Source of the DNA: a virus
Lineage: Duplodnaviria > Caudoviricetes
Length of the DNA: 61,271 bases
Virus record (IMG/VR): IMGVR_UViG_3300032083_000576
Location: 1-61,271 of that record
Strand: one strand, 5' to 3'
Under the pieces are notes generated by a model that saw only the letters and a list, made by a program, of their open reading frames with translations, was not told where the DNA came from and did no database searches. The translations under genes and the position numbers were made by a program. Below, piece by piece: positions 37,945 to 45,893 of this stretch (position 1 is the stretch's first letter; every line of letters starts with the position of its first letter).

Positions 37945-38234
37945 TGAATAAAGAATTTGAAACAACATTAGAGAGACACAACATACCTAAAGATATAGAG
38001 GTTGTTGATCAGCCGTATAGTGTATGGAATATAGATTATGAAAAATTTAAAGAGTTTTTCATATCAGAAGGATATGAAACAAAAGAAAAATGGGAACTAT
38101 ACCTAAATGATTTTTCAGGTTGCGACCAAGATTGGATTGAGGAGATAGCAACATATTATGATCTTAATTGGGCTTATTGCGACCCTGATGAAGATAGGTG
38201 TAAGGGTAACGATTATTTTGTATTATATGAATAA
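37944..38234 (+). CDS. Hypothetical protein
   Basis: Coupled ORF. Confidence 0.65.
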   Translation: MNKEFETTLERHNIPKDIEVVDQPYSVWNIDYEKFKEFFISEGYETKEKWELYLNDFSGCDQDWIEEIATYYDLNWAYCDPDEDRCKGNDYFVLYE

Positions 38235-38245
38235 GGAGACAGATA

Positions 38246-38446
38246 ATGAATTCTAAAAAAGCAAAACAAATACGTAAGATGTTAAAAGAACAGGGAGTCG
38301 ATTGGAATGATTCGAAGCCCGTACAACAAATTAAAACAGACCACGAAGGTAACGAACAAAGGGATCAGAGAATCTTCCAAGATCCAAAAGGTGGTCGTGC
38401 TATCTATAATGCTATGAAAAACCTTATGGAATCAAAGCGTTCGTAG
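38246..38446 (+). CDS. Hypothetical protein
   Basis: AAGGAG SD; MNSKKAKQIR...RAIYNAMK. Confidence 0.7.
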   Translation: MNSKKAKQIRKMLKEQGVDWNDSKPVQQIKTDHEGNEQRDQRIFQDPKGGRAIYNAMKNLMESKRS

Positions 38447-38448
38447 AG

Positions 38449-38480
38449 TGCTTTACTTCGGCTATTTTGTAAAGTAAAGT
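38449..38480 (+). promoter_or_regulatory. Early promoter TGC-TTTACT-N17-TAAAGT
   Basis: Family motif with CTTTACT-N15-AGTAAAG palindrome. Confidence 0.65.
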
Positions 38481-38517
38481 AGTATTTATATTATTAATAA
38501 CTAGAAAGGAGAAAGAT

Positions 38518-38727
38518 ATGGCAGTAGATATAAGCTTACACGACGTTGCGTCGATAACAGCGTCTAAACCAGAAAAACTATTTAGGAAGGAAGGTCTCGA
38601 AAACGACCCCACCTATACCATAAAAATAAAAGTTAAACACCAAGGTTGGGATGGTGAGGAAGAAATGACACTCACGTTGTTTGGAACGGAGGAAGAACTA
38701 GCAGTAGTTATTCGAGAACATGAGTAG
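38518..38727 (+). CDS. Hypothetical protein
   Basis: AGAAAGGAGAAAGATATG start. Confidence 0.75.
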   Translation: MAVDISLHDVASITASKPEKLFRKEGLENDPTYTIKIKVKHQGWDGEEEMTLTLFGTEEELAVVIREHE

Positions 38728-38995
38728 ACCTGTCGAGACTGTTGCAGACTTAGTCGGCGAAAAAGTTTGCAAATTATTATTTAACGAAGTTGACGAAGTA
38801 CAAAATGCTTGTACAGATCATATATGTGAGTTGATCGCGGAAAGCGACCGCCCACATAACCCGCATCTAAACGAGATACACGCGCTTGTTAACGAGTTTT
38901 TACATAACCTCTATGGTACAGATATTGATCGAGCTAGGCGAGAGTCTGACTGGGTTAAATTTGCCGTAGAAGAAACACTAAAAGGGAGAAGATAA
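38720..38995 (+). CDS. Hypothetical protein
   Basis: Overlapping start with previous ORF. Confidence 0.6.
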   Translation: MSRPVETVADLVGEKVCKLLFNEVDEVQNACTDHICELIAESDRPHNPHLNEIHALVNEFLHNLYGTDIDRARRESDWVKFAVEETLKGRR

Positions 38996-39307
38996 ATGGA
39001 AGGATTTGATAAAATAAATAAATTCTATATTTCAGCAACAGGTGAGCAATTAGCGAGTAAAGTCGACCATGCGTACTACAGGCAAGACGACACAGTTTCG
39101 ATGCCTATTTCGCCTATTATTCGAGGAGGAGACGATAAATTTCACGACGGCTTTGTTGAAGCTATACAAGGTCTGACTCTTATATATTACGACTCAGAAA
39201 CTTCGGGTAGTACTTTTGAATTAAAACACGATGAAAAAAGTAATACGTTCAGTGTAAAACAAACAGGTCAAATATATACACCAACTAATAAGGAGATAAC
39301 AGCATGA
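38996..39307 (+). CDS. Hypothetical protein
   Basis: GGGAG SD. Confidence 0.65.
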   Translation: MEGFDKINKFYISATGEQLASKVDHAYYRQDDTVSMPISPIIRGGDDKFHDGFVEAIQGLTLIYYDSETSGSTFELKHDEKSNTFSVKQTGQIYTPTNKEITA

Positions 39308-39408
39308 CAGAAGAAACTATGTTACTAATTGGTGTACTTGCACCATTTTTTGTGATCGCAGCACTTATTGTTGCAATGTATTATTTAGGAGATGAAGATG
39401 GGAAATAG
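39304..39408 (+). CDS. 34-aa single-TM peptide; not in ORF track
   Basis: AAGGAG SD; MTEETMLLIGVLAPFFVIAALIVAMYYLGDEDGK. Confidence 0.55.
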   Translation: MTEETMLLIGVLAPFFVIAALIVAMYYLGDEDGK

Positions 39409-39799
39409 AGCAGTAATAGCTTTCGATGAAAAACATAGATGGAAAGATCAATGTCCAGCAATATACCTTCATTGGCATGGTAGTCGACATACCGTAGAGG
39501 GCTTTTTACGAGCCGCAAAAGATTTCGGTATACGAGGTGATGACCCTAGTTATTGTATGGCTAGATTGACGCAAGTTATCGGCAATGCGATTAACGGTAC
39601 ATTATCACTCGGTGTCGGATGTTACGGCAACTTCGGCGATCCAGGTGACAACGGTGTCTATTGGATTCGAAACTGGGAAATAGTTGAACACGTAACTGAC
39701 TACCCTAATGAATGTTCAAAAGAAGATGTTGACCATACATATATCGGAGTCGTTAACGCTAACGAAGGTTTTCATGAAGTCGGAGCTAAACAACAATGA
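39398..39799 (+). CDS. Conserved phage hypothetical protein
   Basis: MGNRAVI...IYLHW.G...DNGVY. Confidence 0.75.
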   Translation: MGNRAVIAFDEKHRWKDQCPAIYLHWHGSRHTVEGFLRAAKDFGIRGDDPSYCMARLTQVIGNAINGTLSLGVGCYGNFGDPGDNGVYWIRNWEIVEHVTDYPNECSKEDVDHTYIGVVNANEGFHEVGAKQQ

Positions 39800-40242
39800 C
39801 AAAAATAGAAATTATATTTACCGATAAACGTGCCGAGGATCTTCACCCCCCGCAATATGCGACTGTAGGATCTGCAGGAATGGATTTACGAGCCTTAGAA
39901 CATACTGTGATACATCCTGGAGAAACTATACCATTTTCTATGGGTTACCGAATATATATCGGAGACCATACGCTTTGCGGATTAATCGTTCCTAGATCAG
40001 GTTTAGGAATAAAAGGCATAATGCCCGCAAACGTATTAGGATTAATCGATTCTGACTATCAAGGAGAGTTAATAGTACACCTTAAAAACCATGGAGACGA
40101 AAACTTTCTAGTAGAAAGCGGCGACCGTATTGCTCAATTAGTTATTATGCCAGTTGAGTCTGTATATTTTTCGATAGTATCAGAGTTTAAACATTCTACG
40201 GATCGTGGCGAAGGCGGGTTCGGAAGTACAGGAGAGAGATAA
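39796..40242 (+). CDS. dut: Trimeric dUTPase
   Basis: All five motifs: AGMDL, PRSGLG, GLIDSDYQGE, GDRIAQL, RGEGGFGSTG. Confidence 0.96.
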   Translation: MTKIEIIFTDKRAEDLHPPQYATVGSAGMDLRALEHTVIHPGETIPFSMGYRIYIGDHTLCGLIVPRSGLGIKGIMPANVLGLIDSDYQGELIVHLKNHGDENFLVESGDRIAQLVIMPVESVYFSIVSEFKHSTDRGEGGFGSTGER

Positions 40243-40385
40243 TGGATAAAATAATGCACGTAACGATTAAATTAGTAGTTACAGATACTGCTACAGAAGA
40301 AGATTTAGAAAGAAATCTTGATTATAAATTCATTCATGAAGATATTATCTATACAGATTGGGTGGAGTTAGAGGAGAAAAGCTAA
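40242..40385 (+). CDS. 47-aa hypothetical protein; not in ORF track
   Basis: TAATG coupling to dut. Confidence 0.5.
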   Translation: MDKIMHVTIKLVVTDTATEEDLERNLDYKFIHEDIIYTDWVELEEKS

Positions 40386-40531
40386 TGGAAGATTTTGAAA
40401 TTAAAATTAGAGTTGTGGTCTACTCACCTAAAGGCGAGTTTGTTAAACAATGCGATAACTCGAGCTTCTCTGACAAGACGATAAAAGCGATTATGGATGA
40501 GATAGATAAGGAGTTTAAGGAACGTGGCTAA
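40385..40531 (+). CDS. 48-aa hypothetical protein; not in ORF track
   Basis: GAGGAG SD, TAATG coupling. Confidence 0.55.
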   Translation: MEDFEIKIRVVVYSPKGEFVKQCDNSSFSDKTIKAIMDEIDKEFKERG

Positions 40532-40544
40532 CGGCTCGTGGTAC

Positions 40545-40576
40545 TGCTTTATTCGCGTTTGTTCCGCTTATATAAT
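40545..40576 (+). promoter_or_regulatory. Early promoter TGC-TTTATT-N17-TATAAT
   Basis: Family motif; 5' hairpin 40584-40604; AGAAAGGAG SD. Confidence 0.7.
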
Positions 40577-40626
40577 AACTATACGCGGTAACAGTTTTGC
40601 TGCGATAACTAAGAAAGGAGAAAGAT

Positions 40627-40860
40627 ATGTCCGATAATAAAGAACCAGTAGTTTTACAAGAAAATAATTTTTTCGATACTAAAGAGTCACTCGATGAAGT
40701 TATGGACTATATGACCGCTTACGCGGGTAAAGATAACGCGTGGATATGCGCAATGACTATGGCTTTTACATTAAATGCCTTAGTAAGAATGATGCACGAG
40801 CAGGGTGACGGCACGTGTATAGGGAAACGCGCTAAAACATTGATGGAGGAGACAGCATAA
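40627..40860 (+). CDS. Hypothetical protein
   Basis: Strong SD. Confidence 0.7.
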   Translation: MSDNKEPVVLQENNFFDTKESLDEVMDYMTAYAGKDNAWICAMTMAFTLNALVRMMHEQGDGTCIGKRAKTLMEETA

Positions 40861-41153
40861 TGGAGTTTTTAGAAGTATGGATACATGCCCCAGATTTATC
40901 TGGACATGAACTGATTTGTAGAGTCCCTGAGCCGTACCCCGATACAATATACGATGTAGTAAGGGGTTACGAAAAAGCCCATACTGCATTAACGGAGACA
41001 GGATTTAGCGTAGCCGATTTAACAAGTAATAATATATTGAGATGGTGGGAAACAGGCGATATAACAATTACTAACCAAAAAACCCGCGAGCGTTTTAATT
41101 ATGTTGAAGTACAAGGCGGTTACGGATTAGAACCAATCGAGGAGGCAGTATGA
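40860..41153 (+). CDS. Hypothetical protein
   Basis: GGAGGAG SD, coupled. Confidence 0.65.
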   Translation: MEFLEVWIHAPDLSGHELICRVPEPYPDTIYDVVRGYEKAHTALTETGFSVADLTSNNILRWWETGDITITNQKTRERFNYVEVQGGYGLEPIEEAV

Positions 41154-41536
41154 AAAATCATTATTATACAATTAGAATGTACCCTAGTTTGAGCGAAGGT
41201 AACAGCCGATCGTTTTTATTACAATATGCCGCGACGAGGCTACAAGCGACTCGAGTTGTCGAATGGTACGAAAAACTATGGTACGAAGTTATCGATAAAC
41301 AACTCGATCATCTCGATCCTGATATAGGACGCGTGGATATAGAAGATCTGACCGATGACGTTATATTACATAACTGGGAGGGTTGCGAAATATTAGCATT
41401 TAGTCGATTCGACGATACCGTACTTTTTTATAGCGACGAGGACAGTTGGTTAGTATACGGCTCACAAAAACGATGGGTCGAGTTAGAAGATGCAGTATGG
41501 GTTCCGATGGGCTCAGTATTACGAGGTGAAGCATAA
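41150..41536 (+). CDS. Hypothetical protein
   Basis: GGAGG SD, ATGA coupling. Confidence 0.65.
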   Translation: MKNHYYTIRMYPSLSEGNSRSFLLQYAATRLQATRVVEWYEKLWYEVIDKQLDHLDPDIGRVDIEDLTDDVILHNWEGCEILAFSRFDDTVLFYSDEDSWLVYGSQKRWVELEDAVWVPMGSVLRGEA

Positions 41537-41681
41537 TGTTAAAAAGTCATAGAAATGATTATACATATATACGGATAATGACAGCGCCCGCAAGAGATCA
41601 TATCTACCCAAATAAATCAATATTTCGATTTGTTCCTATTCGAGACATCCCATTCACCAAAATGAAAGACGGGAGCTACCG

Positions 41682-41855
41682 ATGAAGTATTGCGTAACAA
41701 TCGAATTAGATAGTAAGGCGGAAGCCCACGAAATTATCGAACGGTTGCCACTCGAGCGACCCGTATATCTCAGTGGTACGCGACCGAAAGGTTCATATCC
41801 CGTGGACGATTGGGAACGTAAGCGGATCTCACGAGAGAAAAAATATAAACGATAG
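41682..41855 (+). CDS. 57-aa hypothetical protein, preceded by a coupled 49-aa ORF at 41536-41685
   Basis: GGGAG SD, ATGA coupling. Confidence 0.45.
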   Translation: MKYCVTIELDSKAEAHEIIERLPLERPVYLSGTRPKGSYPVDDWERKRISREKKYKR

Positions 41856-41875
41856 TCGCGTGCGCTTTGGTACGC

Positions 41876-41907
41876 TGCTTTTTTCTACTTTGTTCCCCCT
41901 ATATAAT
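41876..41907 (+). promoter_or_regulatory. Early promoter TGC-TTTTTT-N17-TATAAT
   Basis: Family motif; closely resembles the 40545 promoter (TTTGTTCC...TATATAATAACTATA). Confidence 0.65.
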
Positions 41908-41912
41908 AACTA

Positions 41913-42077
41913 TAAGTTTATAAAGATTTAAAGAGGTTCGCGAAAACAAGCACCACCTAAGATAATAAGAGAGCAAAACGACTCTATCAGCTTAAAGCTA
42001 AATAAATAGGTACGGACGGGAAACAATGCAACCAAGGAGAAAGCCCCTAACTACGAAAGTGGTTAGGGGTTATTTTT
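41913..42077 (+). ncRNA. Candidate stand-alone small RNA (~165 nt)
   Basis: Lies between a promoter and a strong terminator with no credible ORF. Confidence 0.5.
42042..42077 (+). terminator. Rho-independent terminator
   Basis: GCCCCTAACTAC-GAAA-GTGGTTAGGGGT then TATTTTT. Confidence 0.85.
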
Positions 42078-42097
42078 ATGGGCAATAGTCGTTTTAC

Positions 42098-42131
42098 TGC
42101 TTTTAATCGCGTGGTAATTCTTAGGTATAAT
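42098..42131 (+). promoter_or_regulatory. Early promoter TGC-TTTTAAT...TATAAT
   Basis: Family motif (spacer 18-19 nt); hairpin CCTAGC/GCTAGG and AGAAAGGAG follow. Confidence 0.6.
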
Positions 42132-42186
42132 ATACGCCTAGCTTTTAAAAGGGCTAGGATTTTAATAACAAAGAAAGGAGAAAGAA

Positions 42187-42537
42187 ATGAAACTATATGA
42201 AATATACGCTAACGATAAACTATGGGACGAGACCAGTTGCCCGTTCGGGACTCAGGTATTGAACCGTGAAGCATACGATATCAACATGGGAGAACTTAGT
42301 CTTGAAGGATTCAAAGATGAATTAGTGATAGATGAGATTCCCTTCAATGAAAGTAACCAGTCATTGACCGTAGAGATTTCATGGGAAGACGACCAGTGGA
42401 CCGTGGGTCATGGAGTCAGGGGATTGATATATGTTTATAACGATTATATCTATTATGTAAGGACAACATACAGTCCTGACGGATGTTCTGGATTTACTAT
42501 GACTCGAGAGCCACAGTTTAACAAAAAGTATTTATAG
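42187..42537 (+). CDS. Hypothetical protein
   Basis: AGAAAGGAGAAAGAAATG start. Confidence 0.75.
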   Translation: MKLYEIYANDKLWDETSCPFGTQVLNREAYDINMGELSLEGFKDELVIDEIPFNESNQSLTVEISWEDDQWTVGHGVRGLIYVYNDYIYYVRTTYSPDGCSGFTMTREPQFNKKYL

Positions 42538-42550
42538 AAAGGAGAAAGAA

Positions 42551-43018
42551 ATGACTAAATTAATAGATACTAGATTGATTGCGAAACTGATGAAAGAGAC
42601 AGCTAAAGAATGTGGTATGACTCGATTATATAGTTCGACCGATAATATTTGGTGGGCAAAACACTATAAATTAAAAGAACAAGGAGACATTAACCCTGTG
42701 GAAAGTTATCGACGTATAGTTAAAGCTTACGATTTTGTAGCCGATAACTTTATAGAGTTACTCGATTCTAAAGTAAAGGCTGAGGGTTTTGACTTAGCTG
42801 ATAATGAGATTACTTTTAGTACGTGTCCAACGACTGATAGAGATTGGTGTGCTGAAGAAGAAAAGTACGGGGAATCTCCTTGGAAACACCCAAGTCACCA
42901 GACTATATATAAAGACCACAAAATGAAAGGTGGGACGTATGTTAGAATGATTGCTAGTTTTGTCGGAGAGAGAAGATATAAAGGACCACGTTGGTGGGAA
43001 AATAAAAGTGACTATTAG
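42551..43018 (+). CDS. Hypothetical protein
   Basis: Identical AGAAAGGAGAAAGAAATG start. Confidence 0.75.
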   Translation: MTKLIDTRLIAKLMKETAKECGMTRLYSSTDNIWWAKHYKLKEQGDINPVESYRRIVKAYDFVADNFIELLDSKVKAEGFDLADNEITFSTCPTTDRDWCAEEEKYGESPWKHPSHQTIYKDHKMKGGTYVRMIASFVGERRYKGPRWWENKSDY

Positions 43019-43025
43019 AAAAGTC

Positions 43026-43213
43026 CTATTAGTAGTTTTAGAAAATAAAAAAGTTTTTGAAAAAAGTTTACGAGAACTACTAATAGAAGTAATAAACTAA
43101 TAGAATCACGTTGAAAGGCTCGTGGACAGTGGATAGTGTGAAACGAAGGAAGTAATAGAATTCTATTGAACTATTAGAAACAAACAGGTAAGAGAAGGAG
43201 AGGGCACGAGAAA
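43026..43213. repeat. Copy B of the diverged inverted repeat; candidate origin
   Basis: Reverse complement aligns to 21101-21285; shared blocks TGCCCTCTC, TTACCTGTTT, TTTCTAATAG, TATTAGTAGTTyTCGT, TAAAACT. Confidence 0.8.
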
Positions 43214-43278
43214 ACTATTTTATTTATTAATTTTCTATTATTATTCTAATAACTCTATTAGAAACTCTGGAGATAAGA

Positions 43279-43809
43279 ATGAAACAGTTGACCTACACTC
43301 CACTTGTACCGTCAGAAGATGGTAACTCACTCATCGACGAAAGCGGTAAGAATTGGCAACCCATAAACTCTAAACAAAAAAAGTTTTGTAGAGAGTACGT
43401 CAAAGGCATGACAGCTACTGAAGCAGCGATGAAAGCAGGCTACACAAAGGATCGCAAGGGTGCTAAGACACAAGGCAGTGTTCTACTCAATCATAACCCA
43501 GTTGTACGAAACTATCTCATTGAGTTGGAAATGTCACTCGCGGAGCGAGATGCAGTTTCCTTGGAGAGCCACCTGTCCACGCTCCACGATCTACGGGAAG
43601 AGGCAAAGGACCAAGGTCAGATATCCGCGGCAATCACAGCCGAGGTTCATCGAGGCAAAGCTGGCGGACTCTACATCGATAGACGAGAGATCCTGACCGC
43701 GAAGATCGATTTAATGTCCAAAGACGACATACTCACTCGACTCGAAGAGTTGATCAAGAAACGAGCGACCGAGTCAAACGTGATCGAGGGTGAGTTCTCC
43801 CAATCCTAG
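43279..43809 (+). CDS. terS: Terminase small subunit
   Basis: KQKKFCREYV...ATEAAMKAGY HTH; AAITAE...GK..GLY. Confidence 0.85.
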   Translation: MKQLTYTPLVPSEDGNSLIDESGKNWQPINSKQKKFCREYVKGMTATEAAMKAGYTKDRKGAKTQGSVLLNHNPVVRNYLIELEMSLAERDAVSLESHLSTLHDLREEAKDQGQISAAITAEVHRGKAGGLYIDRREILTAKIDLMSKDDILTRLEELIKKRATESNVIEGEFSQS

Positions 43810-43814
43810 AATCG

Positions 43815-43975
43815 CTCTACTCTACTCTACTCTATCAAAACAAATCTACTCTATCACTGACTCTACTCGTCCCTGACCCTTACCCTCGCCCAGTCTCAGA
43901 CTCCTGGATTCCTGGATTCCCGCCCGACAGGACACGAGCCACGAACCACGGAAATAGGACGGAATATAGACGGAA
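43815..43975. repeat. Cluster of short tandem repeats; candidate genome end / packaging site
   Basis: (CTCTA)x4 plus further copies, TCCTGGAT x2, CACGA/CCACG, and ACGGAA x3 immediately after terS. Confidence 0.6.
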
Positions 43976-44080
43976 CATATATATAAATATTTAATATAAT
44001 TAATTAGGTAATATTAGTTTATATATGTATAATACACACATGGCACAGACATAAGACCATATAACTAATAAAAGATAATT

Positions 44081-44455
44081 ATGAAAAATAATAACGAAGT
44101 GAAAGCAAACACTAAATCAGCTAACCCTTTCAAGCCTACCACTAGCGGCGGCGGTGCTAACCTTAATATGAAAGTTACCATAGGCGCTGATGCTGGTGCA
44201 GAGTATTCAAATACTCCGCGTCAATGTCAGGTATTACTTAACTACCTATATGAGTTAGGCGGCACAGCTACACTTAAGCAGCTTAATGAGTTTAGTGAAA
44301 CTAGCGGCGCTGAGTTTTGGGGCAGAGGTGATGAGATATATAATCAAACAGTATCTAAAATTACTGGGCATTATTTATCTAGGCTTACAGGCGCGGATGA
44401 GTGGGAACGTAAGAACCTAAAAGGCAAAGCTGAGATAATTAAAATAGTTAGATAG
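44081..44455 (+). CDS. Monocistronic putative winged-helix protein
   Basis: TATAAT near 44028 upstream, terminator downstream; resembles ORF 35698-36090. Confidence 0.7.
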   Translation: MKNNNEVKANTKSANPFKPTTSGGGANLNMKVTIGADAGAEYSNTPRQCQVLLNYLYELGGTATLKQLNEFSETSGAEFWGRGDEIYNQTVSKITGHYLSRLTGADEWERKNLKGKAEIIKIVR

Positions 44456-44469
44456 CTTAACCTCTCTAT

Positions 44470-44500
44470 AAAAAAGGTAGTCTACGGGCTACCTTTTTTT
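44470..44500. terminator. Bidirectional rho-independent terminator
   Basis: AAAAAAGGTAGTC-TACG-GGCTACCTTTTTTT. Confidence 0.85.
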
Positions 44501-44755
44501 ATGCGCGCTATTTAATTAACTTACCCTTACCCTTAAACATACCCTATAAAGCACATAAACGCTCTCTATTAAACAATAAAATACAAGCCTATAAGTAAAG
44601 GGGTAACCCCCCTTTTAGTACGCTACCGCGGTACCCACCCGCCCTCCTAGTTTTAGACTCGCTTTTGCATGTATTTTTCAAATTAAAAAAATTTTGCGAA
44701 AAAATTTTTCCGAGTTATATTATGACAAACTTGTTGACCACTTAACCACTTTACT

Positions 44756-45253
44756 ATGGCAGACCGAATCACAGACCTCGAACAAGAAATAATGGATCTT
44801 GAATACCAACAAGAACAAGCATTATATGAACGCGTCAAAGACGAACCTGGATTACAAGAAGTTTCATTGTTCGCACCTAAGGCTCCTGTCAAAATCCTAT
44901 CCCAAGCATTTAATACAGGTACATCAAAACTAGCCTCCATGGTTCCGCAACAAGTAACGGAAGCCTTTGCAGGTTTACCGTCACTCATGGCTCGTGGTTC
45001 GGGTGAAGGATTTGAACGGTTCGGTAAACGTAGAGGAGCAGGTACGTCCCGCGTAAATCAAAACTTAGATGAATTAATTAGTGACTTTTTTGCGCAAAGC
45101 AAAGGGGGCACAGACCTTAGTGACGTTAGCCAATATACATTAGAATTGCTCCGCGCAAATTTGCCCGCGATCCGCGCAGCGGCGGCAAGACAAAAACAAA
45201 ACCCTAAAGCTGGATTAAATCGAATTATCAAACTAATGGACGAACTTGAATAG
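44756..45253 (+). CDS. Hypothetical protein
   Basis: 165-aa ORF upstream of terL. Confidence 0.65.
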   Translation: MADRITDLEQEIMDLEYQQEQALYERVKDEPGLQEVSLFAPKAPVKILSQAFNTGTSKLASMVPQQVTEAFAGLPSLMARGSGEGFERFGKRRGAGTSRVNQNLDELISDFFAQSKGGTDLSDVSQYTLELLRANLPAIRAAAARQKQNPKAGLNRIIKLMDELE

Positions 45254-45326
45254 TATTTACAAGACGATGACTTTCGAACTAAGATACGCGCTAAAGGAAC
45301 CATTCATATATTAAACTACTTTACTT

Positions 45327-45887
45327 ATGGAAATCAGAGAAAACTTCCAAAACTTCTTAAATGAATTTTCAGGAAATTTACAAAGGGAAAGCGATAGGAA
45401 GTTATCCGAAAATAAAGCCCTAACAGAATACGTACAATCACCAGAAGGTCAACGTGCCTCAACGGCTGTTGGAATGGGGGTCGCTTCGTTGTTACCGATT
45501 CCAGGAATGAAAAGAATGTTTGGCACCCGTATTATGAATATGATGAAGCCAACAGCGCCTCCTAAAAGAGAACCTTTTCTTCCTGAAACAAGCCGTAAAA
45601 TAAAAGAGTATGTAGAACGTCAAAAACTTGCAGATCAAAAAATGATGTTTCAACAAAAACAAATCAGAAACAACATCAGAAACGAACCGCCTTTAGGAAC
45701 GACTACTAAAAACCCTATGGAAGAAATAGCGGCAAAACGTATATTAGAACAACAAACAAATCGTCGTAATTTTTTAAGACAAAACGTACAAAAGGATCAA
45801 TCTTTAATTAGCGCAAACGAAGCACCGTCTCCCGAGTATTTTAAAAACATGGCAGAATTAAAGAAGTTAGAAGATCTTCTAAAATAA
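45327..45887 (+). CDS. Hypothetical protein
   Basis: 186 aa; GVASLLPIPG hydrophobic motif. Confidence 0.65.
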   Translation: MEIRENFQNFLNEFSGNLQRESDRKLSENKALTEYVQSPEGQRASTAVGMGVASLLPIPGMKRMFGTRIMNMMKPTAPPKREPFLPETSRKIKEYVERQKLADQKMMFQQKQIRNNIRNEPPLGTTTKNPMEEIAAKRILEQQTNRRNFLRQNVQKDQSLISANEAPSPEYFKNMAELKKLEDLLK

Positions 45888-45893
45888 TTTGCG

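Noticed and set aside
43815-43975. Possible CRISPR or mini-array
   Set aside because: Units are 5-8 nt with no constant 25-40-nt repeat and spacers; no cas genes
43975-44690. Apparent absence of GATC/TCGA near the putative genome end (restriction-site avoidance)
   Set aside because: Only about two of each site are expected in ~700 nt at this composition, so absence is not significant
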